Shown piece after piece: positions 29,679 to 37,918 of a stretch of 64,000 nt of DNA. The notes below the pieces were generated by a model, which was not told the origin of the DNA, made no database searches, and saw nothing but the letters and a program-made list of their open reading frames with translations. Made by a program: the position numbers and the translations under genes. Position 1 is the stretch's first letter. Each line of letters starts with the position of its first letter. Source of the DNA: Phormidium sp. (GTDB taxonomy: Bacteria > Cyanobacteriota > Cyanobacteriia > Cyanobacteriales > Aerosakkonemataceae); contig CP143273.1 of assembly GCA_051013385.1 (NCBI GenBank), positions 960,001-1,024,000 of the forward strand, in the 5' to 3' direction.

Positions 29679-30674
29679 TTATAAATCAAAAGTTGCTGTG
29701 ACAGGTGCATGATCTGAACCGGGCTTGCCTCGTCGTTGCATTGGCTCGTCCTTGACAGAAGGTAGTATGTTAATAAAATCGACATAGCTATCTACTTCCG
29801 GCAATTTCCGAGGCTGACCAGGTAGCAACTCCTGACTGACAAGAATATGATCAATTAATTCTTTGTTGTTCTGATAGATCCGGGAATAACGTCTGTTTTC
29901 GGGAATCAATGCAGCTAAATTAAATAACCTAGTGTCATCTCCCTGGTCTGGCATCTTGAAGCCGCTTGTACCAATTTCACTCCCTGTTGGGCCTTGCAAA
30001 ATTTGAGTAGTTGCCGCAGATGGCACATCATTCAAATCCCCTAAAATGATAAGTCCCTGTTTATTATTGTTTTCCAGAATCTTGTTTGCTATAACACGCA
30101 ATGCCACAGATTCAGCTGTCCGCCTTAAAAGTGCTAATCCAGCAACTTGGCTACGTTCGTTCTCATTTTTAGGAGCGAATCGTGCTTTACCTGTTGATGA
30201 GGGAAAGGTCAGCAGTTTAGATTTTAAGTGTGCATTGATCAGATGAATGGGGATACTTTGTTTAGGTCTAACTAATATCCGAAGCGCACCCCGACCCATC
30301 TTATTAATTTCAGTTACGCTTTCTTCAGTGACAAAGCCAAGTACTTTGAGCAAACCACCTTCAGGAAAAGCCTCTATATCTTCATTTTCCTCAATTTCTA
30401 ATTTGGAAATAAAGCTAACACGAATTCCGCGAGAATCGGGCGATGTAGATACACTCTTGTATGGATAACGTCCTTTTAAAAGAGCAACAAGTTCTTCGAG
30501 CGCTTCCAAACTGCCTATTTCTTGAAGAGCCAGTACATCAGGATCAAGCTCCAAAATCACATTAGCTAAACTGATTAGCTTTTGGCTGTATTCTTCTTGT
30601 GTTTTGGGGCCAAACTCACTACCGACTAGAAATAGATTCTCTACATTCCAAGTCATGACTTTAAACTTAGCCAT
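29679..30674 (-). CDS. Endonuclease/exonuclease/phosphatase (EEP) family protein
   Basis: TWNVENLF, DVLALQEI, HLKSK, GDLND, IDHIL.S, SDHAPV. GGAGG RBS before ATG 30674. Confidence 0.92.
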   Translation of the reverse strand: MAKFKVMTWNVENLFLVGSEFGPKTQEEYSQKLISLANVILELDPDVLALQEIGSLEALEELVALLKGRYPYKSVSTSPDSRGIRVSFISKLEIEENEDIEAFPEGGLLKVLGFVTEESVTEINKMGRGALRILVRPKQSIPIHLINAHLKSKLLTFPSSTGKARFAPKNENERSQVAGLALLRRTAESVALRVIANKILENNNKQGLIILGDLNDVPSAATTQILQGPTGSEIGTSGFKMPDQGDDTRLFNLAALIPENRRYSRIYQNNKELIDHILVSQELLPGQPRKLPEVDSYVDFINILPSVKDEPMQRRGKPGSDHAPVTATFDL

Positions 30675-30889
30675 GATTTCCTCCAAATAATTTGATCTGG
30701 TTTTGATAAGTATCTTTTAGCTTGACTTGAGAGCGCAAGGGTGGACAACAAACTGCGATCTGTAAATTTATCTGTTCTTCCGTACTTATGCTTACGCCCA
30801 GCGTGGCACAGGCAGATTCCATTTCTCCGGTTATAGCCCACACTTATCACTATAAGCAGCAAGACATATAGCATAACTCATTGAATTTG

Positions 30890-30928
30890 TTGACATATAG
30901 TAAATAAAACGTTACATTTATTTACATA
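30890..30928 (+). promoter_or_regulatory. Sigma70-type promoter overlapped by an HLR1 (RpaB) site
   Basis: TTGACA (30890)-17 bp-TACATT (30913). GTTACATT-TA-TTTACATA (30911-30928) matches the HLR1 consensus (G/T)TTACA(T/A)(T/A)-N2 repeat. Confidence 0.8.
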
Positions 30929-30956
30929 AGGAAACAAACGAGAGAGAGAGAAACAA

Positions 30957-31124
30957 ATGTACACCACCAACGAAGAAGGCATTTTGAACAACTACGCTGC
31001 TGAACCCACCGTTTACTTTGCTGAGTACCCTTCACCAGAACAGCAACAGCGTTACCTGTTTCAAGGTGCTCTTTCAGTTATGTTTATTACCCTGTTAGTT
31101 TTGACTGCTTTTGGGGTTAGCTAA
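30957..31124 (+). CDS. psb34: Photosystem II assembly factor Psb34 / Ssl1498 family (55 aa, absent from ORF track)
   Basis: MYTTNEEGILNNYAAEPTVYFAEYPSPEQQQRYLFQGALSVMFITLLVLTAFGVS: the G.LNNYA.EP..Y.A..PS motif plus one TM helix. Confidence 0.9.
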   Translation: MYTTNEEGILNNYAAEPTVYFAEYPSPEQQQRYLFQGALSVMFITLLVLTAFGVS

Positions 31125-31181
31125 GGATTTATTTGATTTTAACTAAGGTGAATCGCGTCTAATAGAAGAATTCTCCCAATC

Positions 31182-31208
31182 AGCCTCAGTCTAAAAACTG
31201 AGGTTTTT
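31182..31208 (+). terminator. Rho-independent terminator of psb34
   Basis: agcctcagt-ctaaaa-actgaggtt followed by a T tract. Confidence 0.7.
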
Positions 31209-31606
31209 GCTATTGTTTGCTTCAGCTAAAAACTCAAAATAAATCCACTTCCTAAAACTCACAAAAAACTGACGACAACAATATTTAATACAAACTTTTG
31301 GTTTCGCTGCGCGTGCAGCGAAAGCGATTAGTGGAGGGGAGGAACTTATTCAGCAGATGGTGTAGCGACTGGCTCTTTCGGAGCTTTCGGCTTACGTTCA
31401 AAAACCTCGCTCTCCCGTACTTGTGGTGCAAAACCCTACTTTTGGGGACTGGGGACTGGGGACTAGGGACTGGGATTTCTTATGGACTAAACACTTTGCT
31501 AATTAATTAGGTTTACTTATCACCATGACTACGGGAGAGCCTAATATCCGCTAAATTTGCCCGAATGAGAGGAAAAACTTCTTGGTTTACTGATTAAATT
31601 AATTCT

Positions 31607-32887
31607 ATGAATAAAATAACATCTACTGAGATTGTCCGCATTCTGTACAGTTCGCCCTTGAGCCGTCCTAAAAATGCGATCTTTGCCATCATCGTTCTGG
31701 TTGTGCTGTTACTAGCCAGTACGTTTTCGTTATTCCGTGTCTACTTTTCGACCCTCTCCCCAGCGGCTGTTCAGGTTTACATCATTGGCTTACTTGGCAC
31801 GTTCCTGGTGACGCTGTTCCCCCTTGCCATCCTGTGGTTTTTGGATCGACGTGAACCAGAATCTCGCTGGCTTTATCTGATTGCCTTACTGTGGGGGGCG
31901 CTGATTTCCTCTGGAATCGCTTTTCCCACTAACAACGTTTTCTTCAAGAGTATAGGTGATTTTGTGGCGCTTCACCCTGATATCAAAGGCGTTTTGGGCG
32001 AAGATGCCGTGATGCTGCTGACGGCTCCAATTGCAGGGCCACTTGTGGAGGAAACAGCCAAAGGGCTGGGAGTTTTGCTTTTGTTCTGGCTATTCCGAAG
32101 TGAGTTTGATAATGTGCGCGACGGTTTCATTTATGGAGCATTGGTCGGCATTGGCTTTAATTTGCAGGAAACTCCGCTTTACATCACCAAAGGATTTATC
32201 AGCACAGGAGATATCCCGCTATATTATGAAATCGCCGCACGCCTTGCGATATTTGGGTTTGCGGGTCATCCCCTGTTTACAGGATTGTTTGGCGCATGGC
32301 TGGGGTTAGCCCGTCAAACCACCCGTCGGTGGTTGCGCTATGCGGCTCCGGTGGGAGGTTGGCTGCTGGGGTTTTCGGCTCATTTCTTCAACAATATGAT
32401 CGGGTTGACGATCGCACTGGTTATCTATTTTCAGACGGGCAAATCCGTGTCTGATGCACCCGCGACCGTCACCCCGGCTGTGGTGGCACCTTTCCTCAAT
32501 CAGTGGGTGCAGCAAAGCGCCATAAAACTGGTAATGTTTTTCCCGTTTTTCCTGATTGTGGGCGTGATGCTCTGGCAGAGTGGCATCTGGGAGCGGAATG
32601 TGATTCGAGAACAGCTTGCCGATGAACAGAAACCTGTGATTACGCCGGAAGAGTATGAAGCCGTGAAGGGCGATCGCATCTTCAAAACCCGCCGCATTCC
32701 AAGATACAATCGCCGCACTTCTGCCGCCATTGTCAGAGCGCAGAATGAACTGGCATTTCGCAAATGGCGGGTGCAGCATCAGGGTCAGGATGTAGAAACC
32801 GATACCTTGGTAAAATCGTGGCGCGAGGAATTGCTGCGCCTGCGTGATGCGAAAATGCTGAACCAGCCCAGTAGTCAAACAGTTTAG
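31607..32887 (+). CDS. PrsW family intramembrane metalloprotease
   Basis: DRREPE, EETAK (EExxK), GFNLQE (FxxxE), GHPLFT, AHFFNN (HxxxN) and multiple TM helices. Confidence 0.9.
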   Translation: MNKITSTEIVRILYSSPLSRPKNAIFAIIVLVVLLLASTFSLFRVYFSTLSPAAVQVYIIGLLGTFLVTLFPLAILWFLDRREPESRWLYLIALLWGALISSGIAFPTNNVFFKSIGDFVALHPDIKGVLGEDAVMLLTAPIAGPLVEETAKGLGVLLLFWLFRSEFDNVRDGFIYGALVGIGFNLQETPLYITKGFISTGDIPLYYEIAARLAIFGFAGHPLFTGLFGAWLGLARQTTRRWLRYAAPVGGWLLGFSAHFFNNMIGLTIALVIYFQTGKSVSDAPATVTPAVVAPFLNQWVQQSAIKLVMFFPFFLIVGVMLWQSGIWERNVIREQLADEQKPVITPEEYEAVKGDRIFKTRRIPRYNRRTSAAIVRAQNELAFRKWRVQHQGQDVETDTLVKSWREELLRLRDAKMLNQPSSQTV

Positions 32888-32960
32888 TGGCGGGGGTGTA
32901 TGCTTCACCGCAGTTCTAATGCCTGATTTCAATCTCAATAGCCCATCAATCGCGATCGCT

Positions 32961-33386
32961 ATGGATCATCCCGCTAAAGTTAACTTAAAAGTCCGCAACT
33001 TGATTCTGGATTATGCGCTGGGTGCGGCAATCGTTGCCCTGCTGCCAATTCCGAACATTGGCGTATTGCAAGCGATCGTCCTGGTGCTGCTCAACGTTTT
33101 GCTGGTGATTGGGATTGCCCGCCTCTGGCAGTTCCAGAAGGGAGGCGATCTCTTAGCCAGGGTTGGCATTCTGTTTGGTATCGCTGGCGCAGTTTTGATG
33201 GGGTTCCTAGCCTGGTTATTGACAGTGGCAGTGGGAGTCGTTGTGCCGCTGATTGGGGCGTTAGCACCTGGAATGGTTGCCTTCTCTTATTTCTGGGGTA
33301 TGGGGCAAGCTGTCAATCATTTCTATGTCAGCAAATTGTCTTTAACCTCAGATCGTCCTCCATCTGGTGAGCAAGATGAGATTTAA
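32961..33386 (+). CDS. Small membrane protein (DUF697/YcjF-like)
   Basis: YA.GAA....LPIP, G...PLIG, W.MG.A pattern. ATG at 32961 or 32919. Confidence 0.55.
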   Translation: MDHPAKVNLKVRNLILDYALGAAIVALLPIPNIGVLQAIVLVLLNVLLVIGIARLWQFQKGGDLLARVGILFGIAGAVLMGFLAWLLTVAVGVVVPLIGALAPGMVAFSYFWGMGQAVNHFYVSKLSLTSDRPPSGEQDEI

Positions 33387-34548
33387 CCGCCGATTTTTAC
33401 TCTGGTCTGGATTAGGCACCACGATCGCAGCAGTATTTGGGCGCGAACAGTTGCAGCAGCAAGCGTTGCAAGCCGAACAAGCTAAACTGCGGCAATTGTA
33501 CGATCCAACTCAACTGGTTCAATCTGCCTTTGGCGCTGACCTGACTTCAATTAAAGATTTGGTCGCTGTGCAACAGAGTGCTAAATTGCGATCGCCGACC
33601 ATTCCCTACAACCGCGAGTGGTCTAAGCTGTTGATTACTGGCAGCAAGCTCTGTACCCAGCAATATCTCAAGGGTAAATATGACGCGAATTATGACGGTA
33701 GGATTTCTGCCTTACCACTCTATACAACAGGCTTTAAACCCTTTCGCCAACTTACATCCTTTAAAGCAGCCGAACGAGTGGAAGAGGCAATTCCCTTTGA
33801 AGTACCGCTCGCAGCGTTAGCAAACACTCCTGACACCGTGAATGAACTGGGCGATCGCGTCAACCAAACAAAAGATATCATTCAGAATCAAGTCAAGCAG
33901 GTGGTGAATTTGAAACAACAAATCCCGGTTTACTACGGGTTTTTGTTGTCTTCTCCCAAGATGAATATCCTAATGTTTCGAGGGACTCAGCGCCAACTGG
34001 AATGGTTAGAAAATATCCTGGCGATTCAACAGAACTATGTTCATCCAGTAAATGGGACTGCGATCGGTAAAGTTCACTCCGGCATTTATAACTTTTACCA
34101 CACCCAATTAGCCGCAGCCGTCAAGGAAGCAGTTCAATCCTTAGATCCTAAGAAACCGCTGATCATTTCTGGACACAGTTTGGGGGCGGCTCTGACGACC
34201 TTTGCCGCGATCGATCTAGCCCTGATTTTGCCAGAGTTGCGACCCAGTATTCAGGTTTATACCTACGCGGGTCCCCGGTTAGGCAACAAGGCTTTTGTGG
34301 AAGCCCACAGCCAGTTGCTTCCCAATCACTATCGCATCACCAATCTAGCAGACATGATTCCCATGCTGCCCCTGAGCAAACTACTCAAGGATGACTTTGT
34401 GCACGTGGGAGAGTCATGGTCGTTTCTTTCCCAACAGGGTGACATTATGCCCAATCATTTTGTGGAAACTTATCGCCAAGCCATTGAGCAAGGAGCAGAA
34501 ACCCGGTCAGATAAGGGCTTTGATAATTTACGAGTGCGTTTGTCGTAG
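33376..34548 (+). CDS. Class 3 lipase with twin-arginine signal
   Basis: MRFNRRFLL Tat-like signal, FRGT, VHSG, GHSLG, YAGPRLGN, D.IP.LP and a C-terminal His. Confidence 0.88.
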   Translation: MRFNRRFLLWSGLGTTIAAVFGREQLQQQALQAEQAKLRQLYDPTQLVQSAFGADLTSIKDLVAVQQSAKLRSPTIPYNREWSKLLITGSKLCTQQYLKGKYDANYDGRISALPLYTTGFKPFRQLTSFKAAERVEEAIPFEVPLAALANTPDTVNELGDRVNQTKDIIQNQVKQVVNLKQQIPVYYGFLLSSPKMNILMFRGTQRQLEWLENILAIQQNYVHPVNGTAIGKVHSGIYNFYHTQLAAAVKEAVQSLDPKKPLIISGHSLGAALTTFAAIDLALILPELRPSIQVYTYAGPRLGNKAFVEAHSQLLPNHYRITNLADMIPMLPLSKLLKDDFVHVGESWSFLSQQGDIMPNHFVETYRQAIEQGAETRSDKGFDNLRVRLS

Positions 34549-34846
34549 AAAGCTGGATTTGCGATCGGCATCCCCCAACAAACCTACACCCATCCACATA
34601 TAAAACACTTAATCCCGCCTGCGAAGTAGCCCCGATATTGAGGAGTACCCCCACAATCTCCTGGCTAATCCCCAAGCTGCCCCAGCCCAGCAGCAGTGGC
34701 AGTAGCAGTTGATGTAAAGAGCGATGATTTTTGGCTACCAACCTAAACCGGGACAAATTTGTTCCCTGTTCGGGAGTTCCCTGTTCCCTTCCTTCACCAA
34801 AATGTCCCGCTCGATTACCAATAGCCTGATTTTTTAGGAGTGATCG

Positions 34847-36376
34847 ATGAAGTTTTCTCTAACACGGTTGGGTCAATTTACAGCCCTCGTGGTGACGGCG
34901 ATCGCCACCAGTGTGGCCGCCACCGCTAGCAACCGCAGTCCGTTTGGCCCTACCTGGGAGCCAGCCAACTGCTCGACGTTTGGACTGGTGCCACTGGTCG
35001 CCGCCTTGTCAGACTGTGGCTATGTCACCGTGCCTGAGCGCCACAGCCAGCCCAACGGTCGCACGATTCAACTGGCTGTCGTGCGGACTCGCAGCATTGG
35101 TAACAACCCGGCCCCAGACCCGCTGATGATGGAACAGGGTGGGCCGGGCGGTTCAACGATTGGATTATTTCCAAGCAAAATCGTACCTTTCACCAACGTT
35201 GGGACAGCGATTTTGCAGCAACGGGATATGGTGTTTGTGGAACAGCGCGGCACGCAATTTTCCCGTCCGGCGTTGACCTGTCCAGAGAGGGTCGATCATA
35301 ACGTTGCGGTTGCCAAGGGTGAACTGGAATTTAGTGATCCAGGCTGGATTAGAGCCTGTCGCGATCGCCTCGCCGCTACGGGAGTAAACTTTAGTGCCTT
35401 CAATAGCATCGAAAATGCTGCTGATTTGTACGTTGTTGCCGAGGTTCTGGGTTACGAGCAGTTTAACTTTTATGGCGCTTCCTATGGGACGCTGCTGGGG
35501 CAGTATGTGCTGGCGCAAGCCGACCAGCACAAGGCAAAACTCCGTAGTGTGATTCTGGATGGAGTAGTCAGACCTGATGTTGACTTTAATTTGGGGAGTT
35601 CCTACTCCATCAGTCAGGCGCTCCGCAATGTGTTTGCCGCCTGCGCCCAGGATGCCCAATGCAACCAGACCTACCCCAACCTGGAAAGGGTTTTTTCGTC
35701 ATTGATCGATCGCCTCAACCAGCACCCCATTCCTGCCAAACTCACCATTCCCAATACCCAAGAAACCTTTGACGTTTTATTGGATGGCAAAGACTTTGCC
35801 TATGCCATTGTGCCTTACCTATACAGCACAGAAGACAGCCGGCTCCTGCCCCGCAACCTTTATCGGGCAGCAAACAGCAATGATTTTGCCTGGGCTGAGG
35901 AGAAGCTTTCGGCAGGGTTGGCAATGGATGAGGCCGAAGGTATGTATAGCGCAGTTCTCTGTGTTCGGGCTGCTTCTGTCACAGTCGATCCGGCCACGTT
36001 GTTTCCACCCCCCTATCCCCAACTTGCTTTTTTTGGTTCCCAGGAAAAAGCCCTCGTCGATCGCTCCTGTGAAGTACTCCAGGTCGAATTGGAGCCTCCC
36101 TTTGCCTACAAAAACACCGAGGTTCCAACGCTGGTGTTTAACGGTCAATTTGACCCGGTTACGCCCGAAGTCTATGGCAAAGCCGTCGCCAGCAACCTGA
36201 AAAACTCCTACGTCTATACCTTTTCGGGTGTCGGTCACGTTTCTCTGGTGGCAAAAGCCAACACGACCGGTGCCGCCTGTGCCCAGGCGATCGCCCTGGC
36301 TTTCCTGACCAATCCCAACCGCGCACCCGACTCTCGCTGCCTTGCCCAGGTCAAACCTGTTTTTGAGTATGAATAA
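34847..36376 (+). CDS. Secreted alpha/beta hydrolase (TAP-like peptidase/esterase)
   Basis: Signal peptide, CGYVTVPE, GGPGGS, EQRGT..S.P.L.C, GASYG, D.VTP, GH. Confidence 0.9.
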   Translation: MKFSLTRLGQFTALVVTAIATSVAATASNRSPFGPTWEPANCSTFGLVPLVAALSDCGYVTVPERHSQPNGRTIQLAVVRTRSIGNNPAPDPLMMEQGGPGGSTIGLFPSKIVPFTNVGTAILQQRDMVFVEQRGTQFSRPALTCPERVDHNVAVAKGELEFSDPGWIRACRDRLAATGVNFSAFNSIENAADLYVVAEVLGYEQFNFYGASYGTLLGQYVLAQADQHKAKLRSVILDGVVRPDVDFNLGSSYSISQALRNVFAACAQDAQCNQTYPNLERVFSSLIDRLNQHPIPAKLTIPNTQETFDVLLDGKDFAYAIVPYLYSTEDSRLLPRNLYRAANSNDFAWAEEKLSAGLAMDEAEGMYSAVLCVRAASVTVDPATLFPPPYPQLAFFGSQEKALVDRSCEVLQVELEPPFAYKNTEVPTLVFNGQFDPVTPEVYGKAVASNLKNSYVYTFSGVGHVSLVAKANTTGAACAQAIALAFLTNPNRAPDSRCLAQVKPVFEYE

Positions 36377-36767
36377 GGAAAAACGAGCATGACACTACTA
36401 TCGAACCAGAAAATCCGTTTATTTTTGATCGTAACTTTTTCCCTGAGCGCCATCTTTTGGTATTTAATCCTCTCAGATCGGTAAAACTGAGGTTGGCATC
36501 TAAAGCCAGAGGATGTTCGCGCCACTGCCTTAAGCTCGTGTCCCCCTGCTGCATACTTTCCTTGACGAAACTGTATGTTATGTAACAATTTGTTTATTTG
36601 GCAGCAATTATGCAATTAGCTCTGATATTGTATAAATGTGAACAGAAAGCGGGAGGGAGTTGTGAGTCAAAGAGTCACCTGACGCAGTTCCAGAGTCACT
36701 ATTTGCCCGACTTCAACCCGTCAAGCAACGCTTCAATATTTCCGCCCTTTGCCAGGAGGCATTAGAG

Positions 36768-37163
36768 ATGGCTATTACAATCGAAGAACTCAAAGTCCAA
36801 TCCGCCGAAGACGAAAATTTAGTCCAACGCCTTCAGACCGAAAAAAAAGTACTCCTCAACAAAGTTCGTATTGAAGGATTTGAATTAGGGATTCGTTCCA
36901 GTGCCAAGTTATCCTACAAAGATTTTCGCCATTTTGAACGAGTTCAGTCTCTCGCAACTGCCCTCGATGAAGATGTGCTGGACTACCTATTTTCTTACCT
37001 AGATTTGAAAGATTGTCCCGAACCAGCGCGTCAATTGGATGCAGATTTTGTCTACTTGCTGGAAGTAGATCCCGCGAGCCGGATTACCTTTGCACAGGGA
37101 TGGATTGATGGAGTATTATCCGTTTGGCAAACGATTAAAACTCAAGTCGAGAACCCACAATAG
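36768..37163 (+). CDS. Hypothetical protein
   Basis: AGGAGG RBS, 131 aa, C-terminal F..GW..GV...W motif. Confidence 0.7.
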   Translation: MAITIEELKVQSAEDENLVQRLQTEKKVLLNKVRIEGFELGIRSSAKLSYKDFRHFERVQSLATALDEDVLDYLFSYLDLKDCPEPARQLDADFVYLLEVDPASRITFAQGWIDGVLSVWQTIKTQVENPQ

Positions 37164-37287
37164 CCACAATTGCTGAACTTAGGCTTTGTCTATAAGCTTC
37201 GCGCTATGGGTGACTGTTCGCGATCGATCCGAGATGATGGGACAAAGCCAAAAGCTCATCTAAGGTTAGGTTTTGATTAATTTGCAA

Positions 37288-37518
37288 TTATCTAATGGCG
37301 GTAGCCATATAAAAAACGCCATTGACTCGAAAGCACAACTCGATGCTTCCAAGTTGAAGGATGGAGCGGAGTTCCCATAACTTAGTTGCATCTTCAAGAG
37401 TTTGACAACAAACGATTAAACTCCCCAGATGGAAGCGGAGGGACAGCGAGTGAGCAGCCACCCCAGACTGATGAATCCAAGATAAAAGGGAGTAGTCGGC
37501 AGCAGTTAAGTCAAACAT
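37288..37518 (-). CDS. Small hypothetical protein
   Basis: 76-aa ATG ORF filling the gap, convergent with 36768. Confidence 0.45.
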   Translation of the reverse strand: MFDLTAADYSLLSWIHQSGVAAHSLSLRFHLGSLIVCCQTLEDATKLWELRSILQLGSIELCFRVNGVFYMATAIR

Positions 37519-37720
37519 GAGTTAGGCAGTGGAAAGGTACTAAGGTTATTAACTCCTAAATCTTTCAACAAAACTGTATGTTTTGTAACTTTATGCAAAT
37601 ATAAGCATAAAAAGATGAAGTTAAACCGGAAACTGGAGGAACAAGGAATCACTTGATAGTTTTGTTCAATTCCGAGAGAGTTTCCCCATCGCACCCTACA
37701 ACTAATAAAACCAAACTACT

Positions 37721-37755
37721 TTTTCACCAAGTTTGTCACTTTTATGCTTTATCTT
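37721..37755 (+). promoter_or_regulatory. Direct-repeat regulator box with -10 hexamer upstream of the MFS gene
   Basis: ttttCACcaagtttgtCAC-10 bp-TATCTT. Confidence 0.55.
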
Positions 37756-37784
37756 GGAGTAGCTATACTGTTCACGGTCATAGC

Positions 37785-37857
37785 GTAGGGGCGAAGCATT
37801 CCGGCAATAATTTGTTGGTGATCGCCAAATATATGTACCGGAATGCGGAGCCCCTAC
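37785..37857. repeat. REP-like element gtaggggcgaagcattc
   Basis: gtaggggcgaagcattccgg...ccggaatgcggagcccctac. Same family at 52620-52696. Confidence 0.75.
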
Positions 37858-37918
37858 AAATCAAAAACAACAGTTTGTGACCGCGCCGAGTATAAGAATA
37901 CAGTTTCACTCAATTTTT

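Noticed and set aside
31330..31420. Known riboswitch, 6S RNA or tRNA
   Set aside because: Compared by eye with TPP, cobalamin, c-di-AMP, glycine, fluoride, ZTP and guanidine-I cores and the tRNA cloverleaf; none fit. Kept only as an unknown candidate.
31298..31510. 70-aa ORF containing GTGDWGLGTG
   Set aside because: The peptide comes from the (ggggact)n repeat; the region is better explained as structured non-coding sequence.
32306..32938. 210-aa antisense ORF, and similar shadow ORFs at 35165-36238 and 63590-63838
   Set aside because: They lie opposite well-supported genes in GC-richer DNA with few stops and have no recognisable motifs.
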